From contig NMRA01000053.1 of NCBI GenBank assembly GCA_002633005.1, forward strand, positions 62,001-126,000: a DNA stretch of 64,000 nucleotides, written 5' to 3'. Shown piece after piece: positions 51,350 to 64,000 of this stretch. The DNA is from Phoronis australis. Lineage: Eukaryota; Animalia; Phoronida. Numbering within the stretch: position 1 is the stretch's first letter; each line of letters opens with the position of its first letter. Position numbers and translations under genes: made by a program. The notes under the pieces are model-generated. The model saw nothing but the letters and a program-made list of their open reading frames with translations. It had not been told where the DNA came from and ran no database searches.

Positions 51350-53386
51350 CTAAAATTAAAAATGGGCACGACTATTTCCGAAAAAATAAATTGGACAAGC
51401 ACACTTGCTACTGACACGTCAAATTCCAAAAAAAATCATCACAATCTCAAGACTACAGTGCACAGTTAATCTTGTTCAGAATTGCAACCGCATTTTAATT
51501 AAGTCAAGTGAGAAAGGCTGCAGCTTATGACAGTGGGTTATTTTTGTAATCAAAAATATGTTCTAAACACAAACTAGTCCTGACTGCAAATGCAGCTTAA
51601 CAGAGTGAAAAGTGGGGTTGTTACCCCGGTAAAGCAGTTATTGCTAAAACGATTGGATTCGTGAATCACAGCATGTACACTATCTCCATTAGAAAAGCCA
51701 GAACATACAGCTGGTAGAATGTTGTGAATGACTGGTTTCGATGGACATGGCTTTAAAGACCACTCTCCATGGAGAAGATTGTATTATAATGAAGAACGAA
51801 CAAAACACTCCATTAAAAATTCATTGAACAATATCCCATCATACCAACATAGGTGTGTCAAGGACTTTATTTAAAGGGGCATATTTCGCAACTGTTTTTA
51901 ACTGTCAATGTTACATTCTTAACCGAAGCAACTCAAGTCACAGGCAGTGTGTACACGTGACTTTTCTAATTCGCAATTTAGGGTTAGCCAAACCCAATAA
52001 ATTCTTGAGCTGATGGTTTCAACGTTCAAGTTGGTCCTATCATTGTAAGGAATATTAGGTTCCCATTTTAGGAGCACAGTTCATTATTCGTGTTTTCTCG
52101 ACAGTTAAATACTAAGAAAATGCAGTTTCAACCACTTGTAATCAAGTCCAATCCAGTGATCCCAATTGGTTAGCAACAGAGATGTCACTGACCTACTGAA
52201 AAATGTATCGCGGAATGGTTACTTTAAAGAAGTCATTGAAAAGCGCTGCATCCAGGTCGTGTCAATAAATTTAAGTCCGGCAATCATATAAAATATTAAA
52301 TGTGTAAATAATAAAATATTCAATAGCAACATCAATAGCATAGACACTTACATCGTCCAGCTACTACTGTACATGTCCGGGTGAACACCTGTGTTCAGGT
52401 TACTGCCCACCCCCGAAATTTCCAATCTTTCATTTTAAGCCTCCATTCTCAGCTTACCGCCCATTCCTCATTTACATTTTGGGCTTGGAGGGGGTAACTG
52501 GTTCACAAAGTGGCTTATAATTGTTATAAACCATGGGTGACGTTCACACACAATAGTTCACTGCAAACCCTGCTCATAGTTATACAACTGTCCCCAGTTG
52601 GACTACGTAACTTAATACAGGTTAACAAAGGGCTTATGGTCCTGGCTGACAAGATAATTGTTTTATTACTCTGTATGTATTCTGCATAGCAGAGCCCGGA
52701 ATGATGTGACTCGGACTTTCTTAAAGTGCCAGTCTCATCAGTTTTAGCTCCCAAAAAGTATACAACTCGTTGGAACGCTCGAGTAATGATCAGTCAGTTT
52801 CAATAGAACCTTGCTCTTTATTGAAGGAGATAAGAAATAGTTCTTTTGGCACATGTGCATTCTAATATTACCATACTCGTTTCCAAAAAACAGCCAAACC
52901 GTTCAATGATTGGCAATGCAGCACATCGTGTGCTCAATGTTTACATCAGAAATTTTTAAGATGCACTGCATAAGAACACATTACGCTACTAACTGACAGA
53001 GCCCAAATGCTCCATTTTAGTTGTCAAGTCACATACAACATTGTATGGTGACGTTTTATTTGGTTCTCCAACCTGAAGTCCGAGATCAGTGTAGCTCCCT
53101 GCCCACCAGTCCCTGACTTCTCAAAAAATCTGTTTCTAAGTGCTCATGCTCAAGACAAACCCCTTGATTTTCTATTTCTCCAAATGTAAGTACCTTGGGT
53201 GATAACCAGGACAAGTACAGTAGACCAAAAAGTCATAACACCCACCCGAGACAATATCCAACAGGACACACTATATACGACTAAGACGATACTCAAGATG
53301 ACACGTCCCTACAAACCGTTACCCATCTCAAAGAAGAAATCCCTCAAGAATCAAAATTGCAAATCACACATCGGCACACAACTTAC

Positions 53387-53457
53387 AATTCACATTTTCT
53401 GTGTAGAGTTTTTCAAACTCTCGTTCAATGTCCTCGAATAATACATGCAAGCGCCTC
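53387..53457 (-). CDS. WDR37: WDR37 exon (RRLHVLFEDIEREFEKLYTENVN)
   Basis: gtcttttag| ... t|gtaagt; conserved IEREFExLY motif. Confidence 0.92.
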
Positions 53458-54103
53458 CTAAAAGACATAGACATTATGTTGAATCCTTGGGTAAAGCGAC
53501 AGGTACTCAATTTGGCAGCAATAAGATGACATTGGATAACATGATATCAACAACCCATCCAAATAATCTAGTATCTCCACAGACAAATTGCACAAAAATT
53601 CCCACAATTCTGTTACGTAATCAATCACGGACAGTGCCGTCAATAAAAAGTTCTGCGTTTACTTGGAGATTTTACAGGTATTTTGATATGGTTAGTCAGC
53701 ATTCCAAATTATACACAAATACACTGTAGTTAAGATCCAGTGGACTTCCACGGCTGCTTCCAATGTCATACATGTATGTTTTACTGCATTAAGATAATTT
53801 AATCACTTTGTTTGAACTTCGCAACTGCATGTGACTTGGACTAATAATATTAAAATTGCTGTGCGCAAATACAATACTGTTCCTATAGTAATTATTTGCA
53901 TAATTTGAACACTTCATAGAGATCTTTGGAATGGCGTAAAAGCCTACAAATTGGTAATTTGGCACTGTGAGAAATAATAATTCATACACATTAAGTAGAT
54001 CATAAAAATGTAGTACTACTCACAGCACATGTCAGCAGAAACAATTATTTGAACATATTTGTACCAAAAATAAAATTCTTGTATTTGACTTTTATTTTCT
54101 TAC

Positions 54104-54167
54104 CTGACTGGAGCAGGTAAGCCAGCATCCTTCTCCATCACTTCATAACCAGGGCCTGTCTCAGTAT
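54104..54167 (-). CDS. WDR37: WDR37 exon (TETGPGYEVMEKDAGLPAPVR)
   Basis: minus-strand gcttgcag| phase 1 ... ag|gtaaga phase 2; LPAPVR aligns to human LPSSVR. Confidence 0.8.
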
Positions 54168-54567
54168 CTGCAAGCACCACACGAAATGTCAGTCAAATAT
54201 GTCAAACCATCAATCACATAAACAGTAATTCTCAAAACAGGAAACTGTTACACCCCATCACAATCGGTAAAATCAAAGCAAATGAAATTAGCTACAAATT
54301 GCTTAGGAATTTTAACTAGGAGAATTGTATCTTCACAAAAATTACATTTACAAGAGAGACAGCTGTCGCTGAGCAACTAACACAGAACAGCTGATCGGGT
54401 GCAAGTGTGTGTGCGTGTGAACACGACTGACATGAAGCAAGTTCATACTGCGGCAGCCATTTTTGACACTGGTTTGAGAGGTAGAGCGGAATGCACTGGA
54501 TCAGTTGCTCCGGTTTCAACTACAGATCTAAACACAACTGAGGTAGGGTGGAAAGGGATTATCTTTA

Positions 54568-55222
54568 GTGCCGTTTACACTACAAGAGTTGACGTGGATC
54601 AGGTGACACAGAACGAGTTGCTCCAGTGCAAGTATGTGTGTAAACCAGACTGAACTACAGCAAATTGACACTGCGGTGACAACTTTTGCCACCCGTTTGT
54701 GAGGTAGAGCAATTTGCGCTAGAACATCTTGCTCCGTGTCGATTATGTGTCTAAATGCGAATCTGGGGCAAAGCGGAAAGGATCATCTCTACTGCGCTTG
54801 TGTAGTGCCCTAAATGCAGGTTCTCTGTCCCTTCAACTCCCATCATTAATGTAAACCTGCGCATGTGTGGTCCACACTCTAGCCTACAATTTCCGTCTTA
54901 GCACAGTTAGTGAGTTGTGTGTGTAAAAGGATGCTTGACACCAATCAATTTGCTGCGTGTCAGTTGCACCGGGCCAAAAGTTGATGTCTAAACGGGACTT
55001 TTCAATGCGCTTGCGCAATAGCGTGTATTCGAGTGATCTACTGGCATTCCACCTGGTTTGGACGCTGGCTTTTGTTTATGTGGGCATGCCCAGACAGTCC
55101 TTGAGAAAGCAACTCGTGCTGATTCAGTTTGCAATCTGATGTCGTGTAAGTGCGAATAAACAGGAACAAGTTGCACCATGACAACTGACACGGTGACAAC
55201 TGTCTCTCATGTAAAAGTGGCT
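54568..55222. mobile_element. Interspersed repeat (Harbinger-like, tentative), copy 2, more complete
   Basis: Homologous to 6780-7200; degenerate inverted ends gccgtttacac / gtaaaagtggc with tta-like flanks. Confidence 0.65.
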
Positions 55223-56129
55223 TAAGTCTAGCAAAAAGGACAGGAAAAGTACAACGAAGCAAATGAATTTAACACTGAGCTTTCAAATCCTGTTGTTCCA
55301 CTGGATTGACAGGATAAAACAAGCAACGCATTCAGTTTCTAATCAGTTTGCGTACCGAAAGATCTTGCAAGTGTTGGGTACTAACCTTAACATAATGACT
55401 GACTGGAAAAAATTGAATGATTTTTCAGTGATAAATAACGACGCATCAAATTCAACTCTCCTCCTTTACTGAGGTAGGAAAACACTGGGCAAGAGTGACT
55501 CAGTTTTCGAAAAGGTTAAAGGCCACTCACAAACTTCTGAGTCAAGTGGGACAAGTATGAACAATTTATCGGACCCCACTCAACGTGTCAATATTTCATG
55601 TCTAGCAACTCCTTATACAACAAGAAATCAGAATGATGAAAGATGAATGTAATTTTGATGCATAGTGATAAGCCCAACAGCCAAGTTCCAATTTTTACGA
55701 CAAATGAGTTGCAGATGAATTTGGTTGGTTTTAAAACAGAATAGCGAAGGTACATAAGTGTTAGCAAGCAGCAGAGTATCAATTTTGCTGATTTTTCAAG
55801 ACAATTACCAGTAAAATACGAAAATAGCTCATGACATTATGAGTGTTATTTTGTACAAGTTCAATAGTGTATTTTGACATTTTATGACGATAACTGAGAT
55901 GTTCTGTTATCCAATATGCCACTGTACATGTCTATTCGGCTGAGCCATCCACACTCAATGCTAAACCAGAGTGAACTATACATGGGTACAGTCCAAATTG
56001 CAAATAACATTTTCCATTGAACTAAACCACATCTCTCCAGTCTCCATGATTATTTTAACAGGACAGTACAAGACAAAAGTAATCGACAAAATACCCTTTT
56101 CCTTGTCATGACAACTAATCCAGTTCAAG

Positions 56130-56652
56130 AAGCCTGGAACGCGATAAACAGACTAAATTGCAATATTGAAAGAGCTTCTGTGCCACTGAAACAGAATTTA
56201 ACCTACGGTATTCACCAGGAATTTTTAGGGTTTGTTCGTAAAGATTTTTAATTTCTGATGATATCAAAGCTTTTTCTTTTAGCTTCGGATTTCAAAAAAC
56301 AATCTCTCAACTGCTCGCCACTTCGTCATTTTTCTCCTACAAGGCAAAGCACGTCTCCTTATTTGATATAAGACGTAGCATATTTCCCTTATATGAAAAA
56401 TGTGACCTTTGATCTCAAGCGACTTAACGCAACTGTGAGTGCATGCGTGCATTTATCATAAGTGGGAGGAAGATTAGAAACTTTGTGGTAACCACCTTTG
56501 CCAATATTTTGAAAATTGGGAATTTTCTGATTTTCTTCTAGAAATTTCCCCACAGGAGAAAATGAATTCCTCTCTACTAGACGTTGCGAGATGGTACGTT
56601 CCTTAAGAACTGTTTAAAAGATACTTTGGAAGAGCTTTCGCGTTCCATGCCT
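56130..56652. mobile_element. TIR MITE inserted into an older repeat
   Basis: aagcctggaacgcga ... tcgcgttccatgcct; its flanks (56069-56129, 56655-56750) join to resemble the uninterrupted 38033-38178. Confidence 0.6.
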
Positions 56653-57801
56653 ATTCTTAACAGCAAAATTACTGGCAATAATTATTAGGGCGGTGAAATT
56701 CTAATTATAGAATGACTTATCCACCTAAACTAACTTTCCTGTTAATTCCTCTTCATTATTCGTCACAGGGGAGACAACTCTGACACTGAGTTCAGCTTCC
56801 GCCTAGTCATCATGACGGGAAATCAACAATAATAATTTTGACTGAATACTTAAAGACTTGTACGCAGTAAAAATCTTCAGTTTGTGACATGCTTGATGTA
56901 GGGGGACATGACGAACGAAGTACATTTTTCCAAATTTTTATCAAAATTAGTGCTCAAGAAAATTTTAGTCTTTTGTTTTCATGGCTGTACAGTATTCGTC
57001 ACCTAAAATCATCTGCCACTTCTTTAGGACTCGTAGCGATGTAGTAAGTTTTTAAAAAATAGAGAAGTTGCAATTTAAAGTTTCTGAAGCCTAACTTACA
57101 ACCAATAGCTAAATTTTGATTTTGATCACTAGGTGTTATAAAACTCAGATGTCTCAACCTGAACCTTGATTTGTGATTATTTCTTTAGTGTAGCTTGACC
57201 CCTGACTTGATATCACAGCAGGTCACTTTATTTGGATGTTAAGTGGTGAGGTATAATCTGCCAAGCATTATCACAAAATGAGGTGTTTATATTGAGCGGT
57301 GTGTTCCCACAAGGGTTGCACCCATTGTATGCTCCCGCGGAACTGGGAAAGAAGACTGAGCAGGTCCTTAATAATAATTGCCTAATTATTAGTATTGTTT
57401 TTGTTTTTGACATTTAAATTTTATTTGATTGGGTCCAAAACGTCAAAATGATTTTATATTAAACAAGCAAATGACACTGAACAAGTGGTTTCAACCATTA
57501 ATGAATTTAGTAACTCATAGTTTTTCCAAGTCCAGAAGTCATCTATAGTTAGGAACAAGTAGAGATGAGATCTATAGCAGTATGTGGTCTAAATCTTAAG
57601 TTAAGTTCTTTTATCAATGATTAGTTTATACCAGCTTTCAGCAAGATCAACTCAAGAACTTTTCAGATAGTTATTCATTCCAGCAAACTATGTGATCCCA
57701 GGCTCAGGTACAGCTCAGCTTCCAACACAACATTTGTCCAATTTTGTAAATATTTACATTGCATTCACCTAAGCTGACCTTACCCTGACTGTGGTAACAT
57801 A

Positions 57802-59360
57802 CCGTAATCGTTCGGGTTAACGCCCTGGGCGGTTAAATTGGCAAACTCAAAAAATCGGGGGTGGGCGGTTAACCAGACATGGGCGCTTAAACGTGAAATT
57901 TCAAGAAATCCAGGGTGGGCGGTTAACCAAATATGGGCGCCCTGGGCGGTTAATCTTACCTCGTACTCGGAACGCGTAGTACTTTTCAAAGAGCGTTATC
58001 GTCACGCCGCCACATGACGAGAAAAATGTCATAACAGCGGATGATCCCAACAAAGATTCTCTTGCCCTCAGATTAGTTATTCACTGTTAAATTTACAGAA
58101 TTACTGAGTAATAGCCCCGTGGCGTCCTGCGGTCTTGTTACTTTGCCCTCTAGAGCGCANNNNNNNNNNNNNNNNNNNNNNNNNNNNNNNNNNNNNNNNN
58201 NNNNNNNNNNNNNNNNNNNNNNNNNNNNNNNNNNNNNNNNNNNNNNNNNNNNNNNNNNNNNNNNNNNNNNNNNNNNNNNNNNNNNNNNNNNNNNNNNNNN
58301 NNNNNNNNNNNNNNNNNNNNNNNNNNNNNNNNNNNNNNNNNNNNNNNNNNNNNNNNNNNNNNNNNNNNNNNNNNNNNNNNNNNNNNNNNNNNNNNNNNNN
58401 NNNNNNNNNNNNNNNNNNNNNNNNNNNNNNNNNNNNNNNNNNNNNNNNNNNNNNNNNNNNNNNNNNNNNNNNNNNNNNNNNNNNNNNNNNNNNNNNNNNN
58501 NNNNNNNNNNNNNNNNNNNNNNNNNNNNNNNNNNNNNNNNNNNNNNNNNNNNNNNNNNNNNNNNNNNNNNNNNNNNNNNNNNNNNNNNNNNNNNNNNNNN
58601 NNNNNNNNNNNNNNNNNNNNNNNNNNNNNNNNNNNNNNNNNNNNNNNNNNNNNNNNNNNNNNNNNNNNNNNNNNNNNNNNNNNNNNNNNNNNNNNNNNNN
58701 NNNNNNNNNNNNNNNNNNNNNNNNNNNNNNNNNNNNNNNNNNNNNNNNNNNNNNNNNNNNNNNNNNNNNNNNNNNNNNNNNNNNNNNNNNNNNNNNNNNN
58801 NNNNNNNNNNNNNNNNNNNNNNNNNNNNNNNNNNNNNNNNNNNNNNNNNNNNNNNNNNNNNNNNNNNNNNNNNNNNNNNNNNNNNNNNNNNNNNNNNNNN
58901 NNNNNNNNNNNNNNNNNNNNNNNNNNNNNNNNNNNNNNNNNNNNNNNNNNNNNNNNNNNNNNNNNNNNNNNNNNNNNNNNNNNNNNNNNNNNNNNNNNNN
59001 NNNNNNNNNNNNNNNNNNNNNNNNNNNNNNNNNNNNNNNNNNNNNNNNNNNNNNNNNNNNNNNNNNNNNNNNNNNACATTGCTAAACCACCGTCTTGAAG
59101 GCCCGGCGTTGTTACGCTCATTGTGATCATCGATCTTTTTGTAAAAGTCGGGGAATCACCGTTTCCTTAGCACTGGGCGCTAAATCTTCATTCTTTAAAA
59201 GTACGGGATGGGCGCTTAACCGAGAGGTGGGCGCTTAACTGGAAATCTTCAAAAATCGTAGGGGGGCGCTTAACTGAGCAGTGGGCGGTTAAATCGAAAA
59301 TCCACCTAAAGTAGGGGTGGGCGGTTAACTGAGCATGGGCGTTAACCCGAACGATTACGG
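57802..59360. mobile_element. Tc2-like MITE family 2, full-length young copy spanning gap
   Basis: TA|CCGTAATCGTTCGGGTTAACGCCC ... GGGCGTTAACCCGAACGATTACGG|TA (perfect 24-bp TIR); multiple subterminal GGGCG(G/C)TTAA motifs. Confidence 0.88.
58160..59075. other. Assembly gap (N run) inside a Tc2-like MITE
   Basis: Run of N. Confidence 1.
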
Positions 59361-60638
59361 TACCTAATGTATATACCAAGTAATTTCACAACACACAGAT
59401 GTATCCTCAAGTGCTCAGGTATAACTCAAAACTATTAGCAGCAGCAACCGCACTGCAACGCAGTGATAGCCAAACATACATATACCATTTGAGTGAGTTA
59501 GCTGAAACTATGCAACAGGCAACACCAACCAAGTGTTTAATAACAACAAATGTCCTTTCTAGAAATTCATACCTGAACAATACATATTGTGGAAACAGCT
59601 AGTTTAGACTGAAGTAGAGCTCTGAAGCACCAGGTACCATCCAAGTCCATCTATTCACTTCCCACCTTGTTTACTACTGATCTACTGTGCTGAACAGTAC
59701 ACTACACTAGCACACAATACCTGTACCTATAGCAGCAGCAACAAATTAATAATGCAACAAGTAACTCTGTCAATGGCCAACCCAACCACAGATCAATTGC
59801 TAACAAACTTGTCTGGAGCACAACACTCAGTTTATATTCAACTGAGAGACAAGAGTGCAAAAGCAGTCAAAGGAAGCCAAGTGAATCCAAGACAAAGACA
59901 ACGCATTACCCATGATGAATTAAATGGAGTATACCAATAAACAATACATATGTATTGGTAGAACCTTACTATAAAATTAGTAAAACTTTTCAAATGCCAT
60001 AAATTTAAAGACACAAACAAATGTTTTCACCAGTTTACGTACATTTTTTATGTATATATTCTGTATTATTTCTCACTTACTTTCTAAGCACTATTAAGTT
60101 ACGTCAACACCAACCTTGAAACGATCTTGGAAGGAATTATTGTCTGACTTTGATACTCGCAGTGGCAACCTCATGGTGACTTACAATTTTTCCTAGGTCG
60201 CCAAACAAAATCTGAGATTGTGCTGGGTCAAAACATCACAAAACGGACATTTTAAAAGGGTCATTAACAGCTTTACAGCCGAAAAAACATTTTTGGGATA
60301 ATTGTTACAGGGGAGACTTCTTGAAATTCTCTAAGCTTTCACCTGAGGTACGAGATACGCGAAAAAATAAAATTCCATTTGGCCACCATAGTGTGTCTTA
60401 TTAGTGAGATTTTACAGAAAATAGAAAGTCAATGCAAATTCTTGCAAAGATTATATTTTTCAGAAAATGTGTGGTCTGTCTCCCTCGACATACTCCATAA
60501 TCCTTGCTTTACTCACTAACAGTTTCACTGACAACCAACAAGACCTCGTTTTCAGGTTATTGACAACAACAAAATTGCAACCCAAGAATAAAAAGTAACC
60601 AAGGGAGACAAATGCATGTGCCTAACATGAGAGCAGGC

Positions 60639-60790
60639 GTGCGTTCAGTAGACGCTAGGACCTACGCTAGGTCCTGGACCTAGCTAAAACCTATCAAAGT
60701 CACGTGTTCTCATTTAAAATGCACGTCAATATCTCACATAATCTCGCGAAGTCTTGCTTTTTAGCGAGGTCCTAGCGTTACTGAATGGGA
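60639..60790. mobile_element. Short palindromic MITE
   Basis: cgttcagtagacgctaggacct ... aggtcctagcgttactgaatg. Confidence 0.6.
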
Positions 60791-62412
60791 GGCAGACCTG
60801 TACCTTACTCAGTGAGGAGCCAACAACATCATGGCATCATCTCAGCACTACAGCTTACCATCTAGGGTTCAAATAAGTCTGCCTACAATAGCATACCCAA
60901 CAGGAGGGCATTCATTAATCTCACATAATAACAGGTCAGGGTGAATAAAAAACTGTGCACACAAGAGCCTGAATACCTACAGACAATAGGCTTTACTTGT
61001 GCTATAAATAAACTGCTGTTCCAAAGGCAGTGGATATTTAAACTGGAAGTGAACTGTATTGTAAACATTCTATCATACCACGCGAAATATTTCATCAAAA
61101 TCATAGACTGAAACATTAGTGCAAATTCAGTTGTTGCTGATATGCAACGTGCAAAATATAAAACTCAATTACTCCGCAACATCAAGACTGTAAACACAGT
61201 ACAAAATGACAGTTAAAGGGTCATCATCAATTTTTGGGCTGAAAATTGCATTATTGCTGGATGGAACAGTTCCTGCCTGGAGTTGCTTAAGCTTTGACCA
61301 AAGCTATAAGACAAAAGAATCCGTTTTTATGATTTTATTACAAATAACCACTTGTCACTGTAATTTGCCAAGACATTTGCAGAAATCAAACCCAGTGATT
61401 TCCCCAGTGAAATAATCAAGTGGCATTTTGCTCCACCAGCAGAGTACTTGGCTGCAATCGTAGGGTTTCCAGGTTCAACTACGCGCTAAGGTTAATCTAC
61501 TTTGCTAACAGCCTCCCTTCAGGGCAGAGGAAAGTATACATTTCGAAGGTGTAATATTCGCAAGAACAAATTTTATGAAAGACGTGAAAAACGGTTTTTG
61601 CAAACACTAAGAGCAAAACCATTTTCTGTGCAGAGCGAAACCATTTTTCAAACTAACACTAATTAGGGAATGCTTACATAGGTAGATATCATACTTGACT
61701 ATTATCCAGGCCTAGTGAGGTAGTGTGACTATAATTATGATTCTATGGACAACATTATAAAAATATGTAAATACCTTGTCAAACAACTGTACTTACCGCA
61801 GACAAAACGCATTTATTTAGAATTTAGCACTTGCTGCAGTAAATGTATCAATCAAGAAAATACATACTACACTGTGAGAAGTACTAACCACCACCATACT
61901 TGCACAATAAAGCCAACAACTAGGTAGCCTAAATCAATGATTCGTTACTATGGAAAAGGACTCCAATTGGTTGGCAAGTACCAGTTTGTAGCTAGGAAAG
62001 AACAGTATTAGAGTAATGTCTGCAATTGTTGTTGATGATTAAGCCAATCATAGCCTACAGGTAAATGCGAATAATTTACATCAAGTCCCAGTTAGAAGTA
62101 GCCAGGAAACTAAGAAGTACATGTACCCGTGGTAAGCAGCTATAATTGACAAAATATCTGCAAGTAATGGAGTGAAAACTTCACTAATCACCAACAATCA
62201 AGCTTAAAATTTACAAGAGAGGAAACAATGAGTTCAAATAGCTTCCAGTGGTGCAATTTCGGACAAGAAAATTGTCAAAACTGTCCATGTTACAAGGGTT
62301 TCTAACATTGTAGTCAACAACCATAATTTTTCTAAAATTTCTCACTTGGTACACTAGCTATGATACACAACTTCAAAGCACTAACTATGTGGAGATATGA
62401 ATCTTTTATGAA

Positions 62413-63666
62413 ACAAGAGCGACGCGGAGCGTTGAAATGCGCCCACAAATGCACCGCAAACGGTACGCTTTTAGGGGGGTTTATTATTATTATCATGGCC
62501 ACTAGATTGTGCAAAAGACGTTGAATCCATACGAAACAGGAACATGCCACCATTACTTTAAAAAAAAGCTATTTATCAAATTTCGTAATAATCTGTCAAG
62601 AAACATCAGAGAAACAAAGGAAAGCGGAAAAAATGAAATTGCCACTAAGCCGGGGGGCACAGCATTTGTCTCATCCATCTGACAGTCATCGTCGTCTGTT
62701 GTTAACTTCAAAAAATACACTTACTAAATTTATTAATTTAAGATCCTGGAGAGGGCTTATGGATGCAAAACAAAAAAAAATTGTGACTAAGAGGCGCCAT
62801 GGTAGTCAAAGTCGTCGTCAACTATACTTTTCACAATGAGAACATATACGCCAATATTCACAATCATCCTCAGAATCGTTTGGTTGATACAGGGCAGACA
62901 CCAAAAAACAGACTCGAAAACAACAAAAATGGCCACTAGGTGGTGCAAAATACCTTGAATCCATCCGAAAACAAAAGGATACCGTCATCACACCAATAGA
63001 TGCCTATGTTCCAAAAAAATCAGTAGAGGACCTTTGAAGATACAGAGGTAAACGTAAAAAACTAAAATTGTCACTAGGGGGCACACCGGTATTCAGATTC
63101 ATACAAAAGTCGTCGTCGACGGTTGTCAACTTCACATAAGTACACTTGATAAATTTAGTAAAGATCCTGCAGAGTGTTTAGGAGATACAGCCATGAGCGC
63201 AAAAAAAAAACAAAAGTGCCACGGAAGTGCCACAGTAGTTGAAGTCGTCAGAAAATCATCGTTAGCCATCCTCTTTCAAGTAAGTACATGCCAATTTTCA
63301 TAATCACCCTTGATTGATAGAGGGGCAGACGCCATAAATAGTAAAAATGGCCACTAGGTGGCGCAAAATACCTTGAATCCAACCGAAAACAGGAGGACAG
63401 CATTGTCGCACTAATAGATGCCTATATGCCAAATTTTATGAAAATCCGTTCAGGACCTTTGAAGCAGAGGTAAACATAAAAAACTAAAATTGCCACTAGG
63501 GGGCACATCATTAGTCGGATCTGTCTGAAAGTTTGCTCATACCGTCCCATCCATGAAACACATATGCAAAATTTCATGAAAATACGTCTCCGGACGTACG
63601 GCGAGACGAATCGGATGGGGATGACGGTATAATTCATCCACATATAAATATGTGGGCGCATAAAAA
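62413..63666 (-). mobile_element. Helentron-like family A copy, reverse orientation
   Basis: acaagagcgacgcggagcgttgaaatgcgcccac ... tatgtgggcgcataaaaa is the reverse complement of the 15399-16713 structure. Confidence 0.85.
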
Positions 63667-64000
63667 GAAGTAAGATTTTATCGTAGGCAAGGACAACAGT
63701 AAAAGCCTAAAAGATCAAAAGCATAAAATGAAAGCCCTATGAGGAAGGGCTTTCACTGGCAAAATTAACTGAGGGGAATATGACGACGAAGGCAGCGACA
63801 CCTTAGACGACAATGACCACAAAACAAACTATGATGCTGAAGATCACGACATTGCAGAGACTGACAACAACACTGTCAATTCTGCCATGCAACACCAACA
63901 CCAACAACTACACCAAAGACGAAGATGCCATCCTTAACGCCAATGACAATGCTAAAGCACCTACAGTGTATAATGATTTCAAATCTGAAAACACTAAAGA

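Larger units (their letters stand above)
44141..54167 (-). other. WDR37: WD repeat-containing protein 37 gene (span of 11 coding exons; first coding exon not identified, probably further right or beyond the window)
   Basis: Exons join in consistent phase (1364 nt including stop). N-terminal LF..IEREFEKLY.EN coiled coil, QKIKSTYKVSTS motif, WD repeats ([29 protein letters not shown]) and C-terminal GHRRMVC..W..D...[13 protein letters not shown] match WDR37. Confidence 0.93.

Noticed and set aside
58119-59130. Long ORFs of 316-335 aa
   Set aside because: Artefacts of translating through the N gap.
63780-63950. Asp/Asn/His-rich apparent coding stretch
   Set aside because: Degenerate GAC/AAC/CAA trinucleotide low-complexity sequence with no clear splice sites or homology.

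Overview
Eukaryotic (intron-rich, AT-rich, repeat-rich; probably a marine bilaterian invertebrate, species not determinable from sequence alone) genomic window with two convergent protein-coding genes. On the + strand is an ADAR2/ADARB-type A-to-I RNA editase: 8 phase-consistent coding exons at 28738-40631 give a bipartite NLS, two dsRBDs and an intact deaminase (CHAE, PCGDAR, SCSDK). Its start codon probably sits in tiny exon(s) near 21.8-22.2 kb. On the - strand is WDR37: 11 phase-consistent coding exons at 54167-44141, with the N-terminal exon not found. This tail-to-tail ADAR/WDR37 pair matches the human ADARB2-WDR37 arrangement. The rest is introns filled with non-autonomous DNA transposons (Tc2-like CCGTA/TA elements, hAT MITEs with 8-bp and 5-bp TSDs, Kolobok-like, Harbinger-like, Helentron/DINE-like), minisatellites and two assembly gaps. 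Most notable: (1) Tc2-like TIR elements carrying a decayed stand-alone HIRAN-like ORF rather than a transposase; (2) a Helentron-like family whose ~150-bp internal subunits each carry a CTCF-type motif; (3) tandemly duplicated branch-point/3' splice-site modules immediately upstream of the ADAR deaminase exon; (4) the conserved ADAR-WDR37 microsynteny. No prokaryotic-type system, CRISPR array or RNA gene was seen.
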